NCBI RefSeq assembly: GCF_018350175.1
Contig: NC_058368.1
Span: 21,826,001 to 21,890,000 of the forward strand
Direction: 5' to 3'
Length of the DNA stretch: 64,000 bases
From: Felis catus
Taxonomy: Eukaryota
The first letter of the stretch is position 1. The number at the start of each line of letters is the position of its first letter. The translations under genes and the position numbers were made by a program. Positions 25,290-36,289 of the stretch are shown in pieces. Below the pieces are notes generated by a model that did not search any database, was not told the DNA's origin, and saw nothing but the letters and a program-made list of their open reading frames with translations.

Positions 25290-27068
25290 TCTTTTTTTTT
25301 TTTTTTTTAAGTTTCTTTATTTATTTTGACAGAGAGAGGGAGTGAGAGAGCCAGCATGTGCACGTGCAAGGGGATGGGCAGAGAGGGAGGGAGAGAGAGT
25401 ATCCCAGCCTGATGCAGGGCTCCAACTCACAAACAATGAGATCATGACCTGAGCTGATGTCAGAGGCTTAACCAACGGAGCCACCCAGGAGCCCCAGATC
25501 CTCCTTTTATATCCCAGATTTTCCCCTTTCTTGGTTCACTTGGCTGTCTTGGTGGAGCACACATTTAGTAGCCTCTTGGATCCATGGGAGGTAAGTTTTT
25601 ACACCGTGAATCTCTGAAAATGTCTTTTTTTTTTTTTAATGTTTATTTTTGAGAGAGAGAGAGACACTGACCATGAGCAGGGAGGGGCAGAGAGAGAGGG
25701 AGACACAGAATCCGAAGCAGTCTCCAGGCTCCGAGCTGTCAGCACAGAGGCTGATGCAGGGCTAAAACACAAGAGCTGTGACATCATGGCCTGAGCCAAA
25801 GTCGGACACTTCACCGACTGACCTACCCAGGGGCCCCTGAAAATGTCATTTTTTAACTCTAACAATTTATTAATAGTTTATCTGATATGGGATTCTAGGA
25901 TGGAAATCATTTCCTTTTAGAACTTTGAAGGCATTGCTTCTGTGTGCTGTGGCTTCCTTTGCTGCTGTTGAGAATCTAAAACCAGACTGACTCTTGATCC
26001 TTCATTTGTGACTTTTTTCTCTTTGGAGGATTATAAAATCTTAACTTGGTTCCAGGAATTCTGAAATTTCGTAATCATGTATCTTGGACTGAGTCTATTT
26101 TCGTCCATTATATTGGAAACTTAGTGGGCCCTTTTCCTCTGCCTCTTCCTGCTAGAAGTAAATTACTTTCAATTTTGGGATATCTTGAATTTTCTCCTCC
26201 ATTTTTTTTTTTTAATTTTTTTTTTAATGTTTATTTATTTTTGGGACAGAGAGAGAGACAGAGTATGAACGGAGGAGGGTCAGAGAGAGAGGGAGACACA
26301 GAATCGGAAACAGGCTCCAGTCTCTGAGCTGTCAGCACAGAGCCCGACGCGGGGCTCGAACTCACTGGCCGCGAGATCATGACCTGAGCCGAAGTCGGAC
26401 ACTCAACCAACTGAGCCACTCAGGCGCCCCTCTCCTCCATTTTTTATGTTCCTTCTTTTTGGAACTCCTATTATTTGGTTGCTGAACTTTGAGTTATTCT
26501 CTAATTAAAAAAAAAACATCTTTTTCTGGGGCACCTGACTGGCTCAGTCAGGGGAGCATGCAACTCCTGATCTTGGGGTTGTAAGTTTGAGCCCCACATT
26601 GGGTGTAGAGATTACTTAAAAAAATAAAATCTTTGAGGTGCCTGGGTGGCTCAGTCAGTTAAGTGCCTGACTCTTGATTTCGGCTCAGGTCAGAATCTCA
26701 CAGTTTGTGAGTTCGAGCCCCACAACGGGCTCTGCTCCTGACAGGGAGGAGCCTACTTGGAATTCTCTCTCTCCCTCTCTCACTGCCCCTCCCCAGCTCC
26801 CTCTCTCTCAAAATAAATAAATAAACATTTAAAAAGTTAAAAAAATAAAATCTTTAAAAATATATTTTTTTTCTTTCCCTTCTTACACCTTTCCCATGTT
26901 TACTCCCTTTTCTGGGAGATTTCTTCAACATTATCTTTCAACCCTTCCATTATATTTTCATTTCATCGATTATATCTCTTTCCGCCCCCCCCCCCCCACC
27001 AAGGGCTCTTTTTTTGTTCTCTGAATTTTTAAAAGCAGGATGCTTAGTTTAAAGTATCTCTCTGAGGT
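25290..27068. mobile_element. Old antisense L1ME-like fragment carrying Can-SINEs (25290-25496, 25625-25837, 26202-26430 minus; 26528-26850 plus, nested pair)
   Basis: T-rich L1 text (aactttgaaggcattgctt) and SINE heads/tails with TSDs tgaaaatgtc and tctcctccattttt. Confidence 0.8.
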
Positions 27069-27311
27069 TCCATGGAACCAAGTAGAATAATGATAGAAGA
27101 CCCTGAAGTGGAGGATGTATGGTAACAACCAGAAGGTTCTTGTTCCATTTTCTGAGTTAGTCAAATCTGCCTTCTTCAAGGTAATAGGCAGTCTGTTTCC
27201 CAGCGTGGAGCTCACCAGCCTGCCTGCTTCTACCTGGCTCCTGTTTGCCACCTTGGGATAGAATGCTATTTTGTCAGTGTGTGCAATGATTCCACTGGGG
27301 ACAGATGAAGG

Positions 27312-27990
27312 AGCATAGAACATTCACCAACATAGATCATGTGGTGGGCTACAAGTCTCAATAATTATAAAAGAATTGAAATCACACTGAATATATTCCT
27401 CTGTGTGACCACAGTGGAATTAAAGTAGCAATAAATACTGGAAAGATATCTGGAAAACCCCCAAATTTGGGAGGAAATTAACCTGCTTCTAAATAGTCCA
27501 AAAGTCAAAGGAGAAATTGCAACGGAAATTATAAAATATTTTGAGCTGAATAAAAAGGAAAATATGACATGTAAAAATTTGTGAGTTACAGCAAAAGCAC
27601 TGGGAAATTTAGACACTTAAATGCTTATATAATAAAAGAAGAAAGATGTAAAATCAATTATCTAAGTGACGGAAAAAAAAGGAAAAGCAAACTAAATACA
27701 AAATAAGCAGAAGAAATAAAGTAATCAAAATGAGAATGAAAAGCAACAAAATAGAAAAAAAATAGAGAAAATGAACACAGTCAAAAGTTGGTTCTTTGAA
27801 AAGATTAATAAGATCAATAAACTACTGATAAAGTTGATTAAGAAGAAAAGAAAATCATGAAGAATAAAAAAGGTACATCACTATCAATTTTAGATTAAAA
27901 AAAAAAACAAAAAACCTGAGAAGGAAGATATTATGGATAGTCTTATGCCAAGAGAACCAATAACAGATGAAGTGATTAAATACTATTTAT
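27312..27990 (+). mobile_element. Old L1 ORF2 fragment (C-terminal endonuclease region to the pre-Z region)
   Basis: Degenerate TF..IDH..G, DHSGIK and WFFEKINKI motifs of L1 ORF2p on an A-rich sense strand. Confidence 0.85.
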
Positions 27991-28536
27991 TGAAACAGCT
28001 ATCTTTTGTTCTGGGCCAGCTTGAAATATCATCTTTATTGTACACTAATTTATATATTGACACGCAGGTGTGGGTTTGGATGCTTTTACCATCTATATCA
28101 CATTCTACTACTATATTTGCTCTAAAAGCAAGTATTACAGTCAACCAGTGGGAAGTTGTATCAGCTTTTCTGACCCAGCCTCAGAAGTCACAAGGGGCCA
28201 TTTCTGCTGCATTTGATTGGTTACAAGCAAATGATAAGTCCACTTGGAATCCAGGAGAGGATACATAGACTCCATCTTCCAGTGGGAGGAGTACCAAAGA
28301 CTTTGTGGCTATTAAAAAAAAAAAAGTACATGCTGTCTTTAGTGATAATGCTTCTAATGTTTTTGTTAAGTGTAACAATATTATACAATATAACAATAGA
28401 ACAAATAATATTTCTACAGGTTTTGGACAAATATCCTTTCTAAATTTGAAGACCTTTCAGATTAGGTCATGGAGAAATAGAATCAGCAGTTGTCATTTGT
28501 TTTTCTCATAGACAAGTAGTATAATTCGTGGAGAAT

Positions 28537-29031
28537 AACTTTAGTGTTGTTGTTTGTTTGTTTGTTTTTGAAGTATAACTGACACACAATGTTATATTAG
28601 TTTCTGGTACACAACAGTGATTTCACAATACTGTACATGACTCGTTCACTGTAATTAGTATAGTCCCCATCTGTCACCATACAACATTATTACAATATTA
28701 TTGATTGTACTCTCTATGCTGTACTTTTCGTCTCGATGACCTAATTTATTTTACAACTGGAAGTTTGTACCTCTTCATCCTCTTTATTTTACCCACCACT
28801 TCATCCATCTCCACTCTGGCAACTACCTACCAGTTTGTTCTCTGTATTTAAGAGTCTGTTTTTTGTTTGTTCATTTGGTTTTGTTTTTGTTTTTTAAGAT
28901 TCTACATATGAGTGAAATCACATGGTATTTGTCTTTCTCTGTCTGACGTATTTCACTTAGCCAAATATTCTCTAGACCCATCCAGGCTGTCTTAAACGAC
29001 AAGATCTCATTTTCTCTTATGGCTGAGTAAT
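28537..29031 (-). mobile_element. 5'-truncated old carnivore/L1MA-type L1 3' end inserted in the EBLG
   Basis: Antisense L1 3'UTR/ORF2-end sequence with a (GTTT)n-decayed tail. TSD attcgtggagaat (28524-28536) / attcatggagaat (29032-29044). Confidence 0.85.
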
Positions 29032-29270
29032 ATTCATGGAGAATTGTATTTAAGGGTAAATTTATATTGCCAGATTTGTGAAATCTGGCTACACAGATGA
29101 AATTTACTACACAATACAAACTACTATTTAGATTCTAAACTTTGGGCATTAAATCTTTGGAATATTTTACAACATAAGTGGGACAGTATTCTTTATGAAT
29201 TGTAATTTGACTGAAAGTATTTGGCAATATCCAGCACATACCTCGAAGAGATTCAGAGAAAAAGAATGTG

Positions 29271-29498
29271 GTTTTTTTTTTAACTTTTTTTTTTTCAACG
29301 TTTATTTATTTTTGGGACAGAGAGAGACAGAGCATGAACGGGGGAGGGGCAGAGAGAGAGGGAGACACAGAATCGGAAACAGGCTCCAGGCTCTGAGCCA
29401 TCAGCCCAGAGCCCGACGCGGGGCTCGAACTCACGGACCGCGAGATCGTGACCTGGCTGAAGTCGGACGCTCAACCGACTGCGCCACCCAGGCGCCCC
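29271..29498 (-). mobile_element. Young feline Can-SINE (SINEC_Fc) inserted in the EBLG
   Basis: tRNA-derived head ggggcgcctgggtggcgcagtcgg, (CT)n and A tail. TSD begins aagaatgt (29262 / 29499). Confidence 0.95.
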
Positions 29499-30322
29499 AA
29501 GAATGTTTTTTTTTAATGTGAAAATTTTCTTATGTGAACTATACATTCATTTTTCACGCACAGGAGCATGAATAGGGAACATAGATAATGGTGGACTAAA
29601 TAACACATTTAATTTCTCTGAAGCTTCAAATCCCACTATAGAATCCTGCTGAGCTAGATTAAATTAGACCACATAGTGAGCTCTTTGAACAAAGTTAAGT
29701 GGCCTCGTTCCTAAGCCCACATTTATCACTTCAGTTATAAGGAAGCGCTGATCCGGAGCATTTAGACCAAAGAGGAAAATGGACAAGAACCAGTGTCCCC
29801 ACATGCCCCAATGTCTAAGCTGATTTAGACCATTTGCGGGAGAACTTTCTAGAATAGGGAGTGGTACAGCCTCCCCTGGGTCAATTTTACCTAGCTGCAC
29901 AGGTAGTGATAAGGGGATTAATGGCTACTCTAGAGGGAAGGCAGAGAACCCCTTCAAAGAATGGGTATTTACACAATCTAGGATTATTTGTATACTTTTG
30001 TCCTCTAAAAAGTACAGCCCAAATGGTGTTCTTGAGCTTGGTATAGACCCATGCTTGGGAAAGATGTGGAGGCTGGGGGAAGTGAGGAGGTGAGGAGAAA
30101 CCTGGAGTGTAAAGGAGCTTGGATTTCCATTGGCATCTCTTTTTTTCCCCAGAGAGATACTGGCGCAGCCACAGGATTAAGTTAACGTTCCCATCTCAGT
30201 TAACCCATTAGGTGGGAATAATACATTTACACACCAGTGTGTGAGCTTATCCTCTCGAACCTTCCATCCAAAAAAGGTGGGGGGTGGGGGAAAGAAAGAG
30301 AAAAGGATACTAAGGGTTTTCT

Positions 30323-30455
30323 TTTTTTTTATATATTTTTTTATTTTATATATGAAATTTATTGTCAAATTGATTTCCATACAACACCCAGTGCTCATCC
30401 CAAAAGGTGCCCTCGTCAATACCCATCACCCACCCTCTCCTCCCTCCCACCCCCC
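30323..30455 (-). mobile_element. Short 5'-truncated young L1 3' end
   Basis: Antisense L1 3'UTR with a poly-T tail and a perfect 17-bp TSD gatactaagggttttct (30306-30322 / 30456-30472). Confidence 0.9.
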
Positions 30456-30709
30456 GATACTAAGGGTTTTCTAATGTACTCTCAAACGTTAAAAAAAACT
30501 TTTCTTCCTTTTAATTGCTTTTGCCAGTTATATGTGAAATGGGTATTTCAGTTTGCAGTGGTAGGAAGAGAATAATGGAACCAAAGAAAAGGAGAGACAT
30601 TTTAAAACTGCATCAGCATATGGCCTGCCCCCAATCATTTGTAACAAGCATTAGAAGAAGCAGAAATACCAGATTTCCATTTAGCCGCCTGCTGGATCTA
30701 TTGCCTTAA

Positions 30710-30924
30710 AAAAAATTTTTTTTTTAATGTTTATTTTTGAGACAATGCGAGAGACAGAGCATGAACAGGGGAGGGTCAGAGAGAGGGAGACACAGAATCT
30801 GAAACAGGCTCCAGGCTCTGAGCTGTCAGCCCAGAGCCCAACATGGGGCTCAAACTCACAGACTGAGAGATCATGACCTGAGCCGAAGTCGGCCGCTTAA
30901 CCAACTGAGCCACTCAGGCGCCCC
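30710..30924 (-). mobile_element. Can-SINE
   Basis: Reverse SINE; TSD tggatctattgcctt / tggacctattgcctt. Confidence 0.9.
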
Positions 30925-31711
30925 TGGACCTATTGCCTTTTAAACAATTTTAGAGGTTATTCCTGTTTTACCAAATGCAGGAAGAGGGCTGGGAAATATC
31001 TGCCTGGCATGTTAAGCTTACGTATCGTTAAAACTCTAGGAAATGTTGAACCTTATATAAATTCTGAGTCTCCTTCATATGGCTGTTATATTCATATTTG
31101 AACAGGCATTATGTATGGCATTTGCACGATTGGGAAATCTGCCTTCTAATATGCTTGAGATGGCTGGCTCACTGATTAACTTCTGAGTGCACTGAGCTAA
31201 ATCCCACTAATTGCTGAGTTTGTTTCCTCGTTTGTGAAGCACTGAAGCGACCCTCTTGTGAATGTGGCTGGGCCACATTTTAAAAGTTGGCCCTCCCTGT
31301 AGCAGGTTTGGAAATACTGCAATAATTTTAGAATTGGATGAAGAAATGTATCTTGAAATAAAAAATCCTATAGAATTTGAGGTAGGTATGGATTTCCTAT
31401 CAGGCAGGATCAAATCTAGGTTGGTGAGTAAATAAACTAGAAGCAAACAAAGTGAAAGGGAAGAAGACATTTAACAGACTCCACGTTTGGGCCCATGCCA
31501 CACGGTGGCAGGCTTACTCTGTGTTGTGCTCCCTCTTCAGGGCCAAAAACATCAAAGGTGGAGAGAGGAGGGAGTGGAGACAAACTTCTGGGAAACAAAT
31601 CTTAACGCTTGAATTTAACTACCTTAAACCACGCACTTCAGGAAGTTAATTTTAGAAAGGATGACATGTTATTAGTTTGTCAAGACTATATGTTCCTATT
31701 AAAATGTTTTA

Positions 31712-32148
31712 GGGGCACGTGGGTGGCTCAGTCGGTTGAATGTCCAGCTTCGGCTCATTCGGCTCAGGTCATAATCTCACGGTTTTTAGGTTCAAACCCT
31801 GCATCAGGCTTGGCTTGCTGCTGTCAGGGCAAAGCACCCTTGGGATCTTCTGTCCTCCTTCTCTCTGCCCCTTTTCGCTTGCATGTGTGTTCTCTCTCTC
31901 GCTGTCTCTCAAAAATAAATAAACATTAAAAAAAATGTTTTTGGGGCACCTGGATGGCTCAGTCGGTTAAGCGTCCGACTTCGGCTCAGGTCATGATCTC
32001 ACACCCCGCGTCAGGCTCTGTGCTGACAGCTCGGAGCCTGGAGCCTGCTTCGGATTCTGTGTCTCCCTCTCTCTCTGCCCCTCCCCTGCTCATGCTCTGT
32101 CTCTGTCTCAAAAATAAATACAACATTTTTTTTAATTAAAAAAAAAAT
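31712..32148 (+). mobile_element. Two tandem Can-SINEs
   Basis: Heads at 31712 and 31943. Confidence 0.9.
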
Positions 32149-32379
32149 GTTCTTTACAGTGGATGTACCTGAGCAGCAATGATCTGACCTCCCATAGGAC
32201 ATTTTCCCTCTAGATCTCAATTTTGTCATCACTACAATGATGGCTTAGGATTACTTAAAGTTCTAAAATTGTCATACCTCTCTTAAAAATAAAATAAAAT
32301 AAAATAAAATTGTCATACCTCTCTTATAACTAGAAGAAAGATATTCTTTTTCAGTAACAAGCATTTCAGTCATATTGCA

Positions 32380-33050
32380 GTGAAGTTGATAAGGAATATG
32401 GTTTTTTTATTTAGATTGCCTAGGTTTGAGTTTGATTCTGCCATTTTTTAACTGTGAGGTATTAGGTAAGCTACTTAACCTATAAAAAGTTTCAGTTTCC
32501 TCATCTGTAAAGTGTTACAAATTACAGTACATATCTCATGGGGTTGTTAGGATTAAATGGAAAAAGAATGTATGTGTGGCAGAGACTGGAACACTGTTCA
32601 CCAAACCATTTCTTTTTCTTCCAGAGCAAACAGCTAAACCACATTTCCCCTCTTCACTTGTAGTTATCTGTGGCCATTTGACTGAATTTTAGCCAATGAA
32701 TGAAATGTGAGAAGAAGATATTCATAAACCTATTTGTAGGCTCAGCTCACAAAAATCTCCCATTGTGATCTTCCTTATTCTTTCCCCTTCTGCAGGTTTC
32801 TCATGGAAGCCATGTGTTAGAGATAGTGGGACCACAAAACAGAAGGAAACTTGGTCCCTGAATCATGTCTTGGAGGGCAGCTTTGTGCCTGTTAAGAACT
32901 GTCCTTCTGGATTTTCTGTGAGTGAGAAATAAACTTCTATTTTGTTAAGCCACTGAGATTCTGGGGCTTATCTGTTATGGCAGCTAGCATTAACTAAAAC
33001 AGCATGTAGGGCACTTAACACGATACCTACTTAATAAATGTTAGGTGTTA
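32380..33050 (+). mobile_element. MIR interrupted by an MLT1-type MaLR LTR (~32575-33000)
   Basis: MIR core (cagtttcctcatctgtaaagtg) and an MLT1 3' end (agaaataaacttctattttgttaagccactgagatt). Confidence 0.75.
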
Positions 33051-33514
33051 TCAATATCATGACTCTAAATAAAAACCAAAAGCCTAAAATTCTGAGCTTC
33101 AAACACAGCACTGATATGGAGATTCCTTCTGCAGTATACAAGATCTGGCTTAAAAAACCAACCAACCAACCAAACAAACAAACAAACTAGAGAAGGTCTA
33201 GGAAACAAAGTTGTGTATAGAAATAGTAAAAATCTAAGCTATTCATGTATGTAATATGCAGAAAGTCATTACCAATATTTTGTATTTATATTTGCTACTT
33301 TTTTTGAAAAACTTAACAGAATATAAAGGAAAGAAACCAAATTAAAAGTTCAAGTTAGTACCATCATTGAAATAATATTTAAAATTTTTCTTCCTTGTGA
33401 TAACATTAGTGCTGTGATTCAATGATTTCTCTCAGTATTTCATGTTATGCTCACCCTTTTTCTCTTAAAAATGTCTTCTTTCTTGACTCCAACACTTTTT
33501 GATATTTTAGTTCT

Positions 33515-34731
33515 TTTTTTTTTAAGATTTTATTTTTTTATTATTTTTTTTAATCTTTATTTACTTTTGAGAGAGAGAGAGACAGAGTGCAAGCCGGGGA
33601 GGAACAGAGAGAGAGGCAGACACAGAATCTGAAGCAGGCTCCAGGCTCTGAGCCGTCAGCACAGAGCCCTACGCGGGGCTCAAACTCATGAACCGTGAGA
33701 TCATGACTTGAGCAAAAGTCAGACACTTAACCGGCTGAGCCACCCAGGCGCCCCTAAGATTTTATTTTTAAGTCATCTCTACACCCAACCTGGGGCTCAA
33801 ACTCACAACCCTAAGATCAAGTCACATGCTATACCAACTGGGCCAGACAGGCATTCCTTTAATGCTTTTATTAATACCTCTTCTCAGTTTTCTCTAATGA
33901 GATTCTTTTTTTTTCTTTTTAATGTTTATTTATTTTTGACAGAGAGAGAGAGACATAGAATGAGCAGGGGAGGGGCAGAGAGAGAGGGAAACACAGAATC
34001 TGAAGCAGGCTCCAGGCTCTGAGCTGTCAGCACAGAGCCTGACGCAGGGCTCGAACTCACGGACTGTGAGATCATGACCTGAGCTGAAGTCTGACGTTTA
34101 ACCAACTGAGCCACCCAGGCGCCCCTGAGATTCTACCTCTCTTAAAGCCAAGATCAAATTTCATGTATTCAGTCAAAGCCTTCCAGGATATCCTGGTTGG
34201 AAGGGATCCTACCTGCACTGAATTGTAACATTTACACAATCCAAGGCTCTTCCCATTTGCTGTCTTCTGTGCTAGAGTTTATTTTCAGTTGGGTTTGTAT
34301 AGCTTGTTTCTCCCTAATCAGATTGCAAGGTATTTGATGACAGGGACTGTGCTTTTTTGATTTTACATTCCCCTCAGAAAATAGCAGAGTCTGTGCAAAC
34401 AGTTATTGATACTTGACTCATTGGTTTGAAAGCCCCAAGTTTATGAGATTTCCCCTAATATTTTAACATCTCTCTTTCATGGAGTTTCATAAGAATAAAG
34501 AACAACAGCTCTCATACAGTTTTCTTCATAGATAAATAAAAATAGAGGCAGAGGTGGTATTTTATGGTCAGTGGTTTGGGTTAGTAAAAATTTACAAAGA
34601 ATAAATTAGTGCCTCATTTTCTATATTGAAATGAGGACAATTTTATATGTATTACCAGTTAAGCTTAGTTTGCTTTTTTCTGTCCTTCCTCCTAACTATT
34701 CACTTAAAAACTTTTTTAATGTTTATTTTTC

Positions 34732-34768
<37 letters not shown>

Positions 34769-34938
34769 GTGTGAGCAGGGGCGGGGGGCAGAGAGAGAGG
34801 GAGACACAGAATCTGAAACAGGCTCCAGGCTCTGAGCTGTCAGCACACAACCCGAAGTGGGGCTCGAACTCATGGACTATGAGGTCATGACCTGAGCTGA
34901 AGTTGGACGCTTAACCGACTGAGCCAACCAGGCACCCC
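33515..34938 (-). mobile_element. Can-SINE cluster (33515-33753, 33755-33855, 33905-34125, 34711-34938)
   Basis: Reverse SINE heads and tails. Confidence 0.9.
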
Positions 34939-35366
34939 TAACTATTCACTTTTTAAATTTCTTTCTGTTTTGCATATTCGCTTAACATGTTTACCTTAAA
35001 AATATTAAAAGTTCTAGCTTAAAAGTGTTTCACAGTGTATATTCAACATCATAAGGACTGTAGAATGTTTTAACTCTGAATCTTGCCTCTCATTTTCAAT
35101 TTGATCGCTAGTTTCATCCTGTTTTAACTTCTAAAAGTTGGCTATTTTCTATAGTCAGTGTTTCCTTGGAGTTACCAATGTTCTATTAATATCTTTGCTC
35201 ATCATTGATTCTTTGAATGCTCCTTTAACTGGATGGAGAATTTTAGATTAACAGATATTTCCCTCCACCATTTTGAGGATATCGTTCCATTGTCCTCCGG
35301 CATCTACTGCTTGCGATAAGAAACCAGCTTTGTTTATATATCATTCTTTGTAGGTAGTGCGACTTT

Positions 35367-35840
35367 CAGGCTCATCCCAAACATTCATAGAAACTAGGGA
35401 AAGTTACGAATGAAGGCCCCATACAATATGTCTAAAACATTTTTAAGTTAAAAAACAAGCTAACAACTTGTTAAATGAAATATATTCTATCCTCCTATCT
35501 TGATAAACATAACTTTTTAAGGAACTGGATGACCAAGCCTTGAATTTAGGACTCTTAGAATCCTTCAGAGAGTACAGAGATTTCACAGTCTTGGTTCCGC
35601 CTCACAGCTCAACCTCCATGTTTTCCAGTCTTGGCTTCATCCCACACTGCAAGGGGCTTCACACGCTTGTGGACACTCCAATTCCAAGCCCTACAGCCAC
35701 TTCCCAAACACCCCACGGCCCTAAGCGTGTGCAGTCTGTTCTTGGGGGTTGGACATAGGGAAGAGGCCCATGAAGGTCCTGAAAGTGGGTTGGAGCTGTA
35801 TGGGCAGGAAATGCTAGGGTCTTGTGCCCCTGGAACATGG
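35367..35840. mobile_element. Probable MER45-like hAT DNA transposon remnant
   Basis: Resembles MER45 internal text (aatgaaggccccatacaatatgtctaaa...). Confidence 0.45.
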
Positions 35841-36289
35841 TTTGGAGGGAAAGGGCAAACTTTGGGTTATGTTTTCTTGACATTGCAATAACCTCCTTCA
35901 TGGTTTCCTCCCATCCAACCTGTTCTCTACACTGTATCAGAGAGATTTTTTTTTAAATGTAAACCACAGCATTATATTATCTCCTAAAAAATCCTTTAAA
36001 GGCTTCCTATTGCATTTGAAATAAAATCCTTTAAAAGGCTGCAAAGCTCTAAGTGGCACTTCAATGTGCCAAGCTCTTTGGGAAGAGCTTTCATCCAAGA
36101 TGTTTCTCTTTCTGAAACGCACTTTCCTACCCGCTCCTCGCATGGCTGACTTTAGTCTATTGTATAGCTCCTGGCTTAAATGCCACCTCCTCTCCAGGTA
36201 CAGCTTCCCTGTTATTTGCTATCACTGCATCTTGTTTATTTCCTTCAGAGTACAAATAACAAATGTAGTCACCTATTTGTCTCTCCACA

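Larger units (their letters stand above)
27990..29960 (+). other. Endogenous bornavirus-like glycoprotein element (EBLG-type EVE), decayed and interrupted by an L1 (28537-29031) and a SINE (29271-29498)
   Basis: After removing the insertions, one frame runs ~255 codons with only 3 internal stops in AT-rich DNA. Collinear motifs resemble bornavirus G: LEISSLLYT, ALKAS..QWEVVSAFLT, ICEIW..WNI/YNISG..IWQY, IGNIDNG, *ADL/RPF-x10-TAS/WVN/LPS, IRGLMA. Confidence 0.8.

Noticed and set aside
29195..29280. PAHTS identity with baculovirus GP64 (CTNPPAHTS)
   Set aside because: Isolated 5-mer; the many collinear motifs elsewhere fit bornavirus G better.
29944..30010. ENPFKEW...IICILL as the G membrane-proximal/TM segment
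   Set aside because: Not adopted: the WVN/LPS/IRGLMA alignment places the membrane-proximal region ~40 nt earlier, so the exact G 3' end is unresolved.
30575..31700. Possible bornavirus L-gene continuation
   Set aside because: No recognisable L motifs or sustained open frame by eye.
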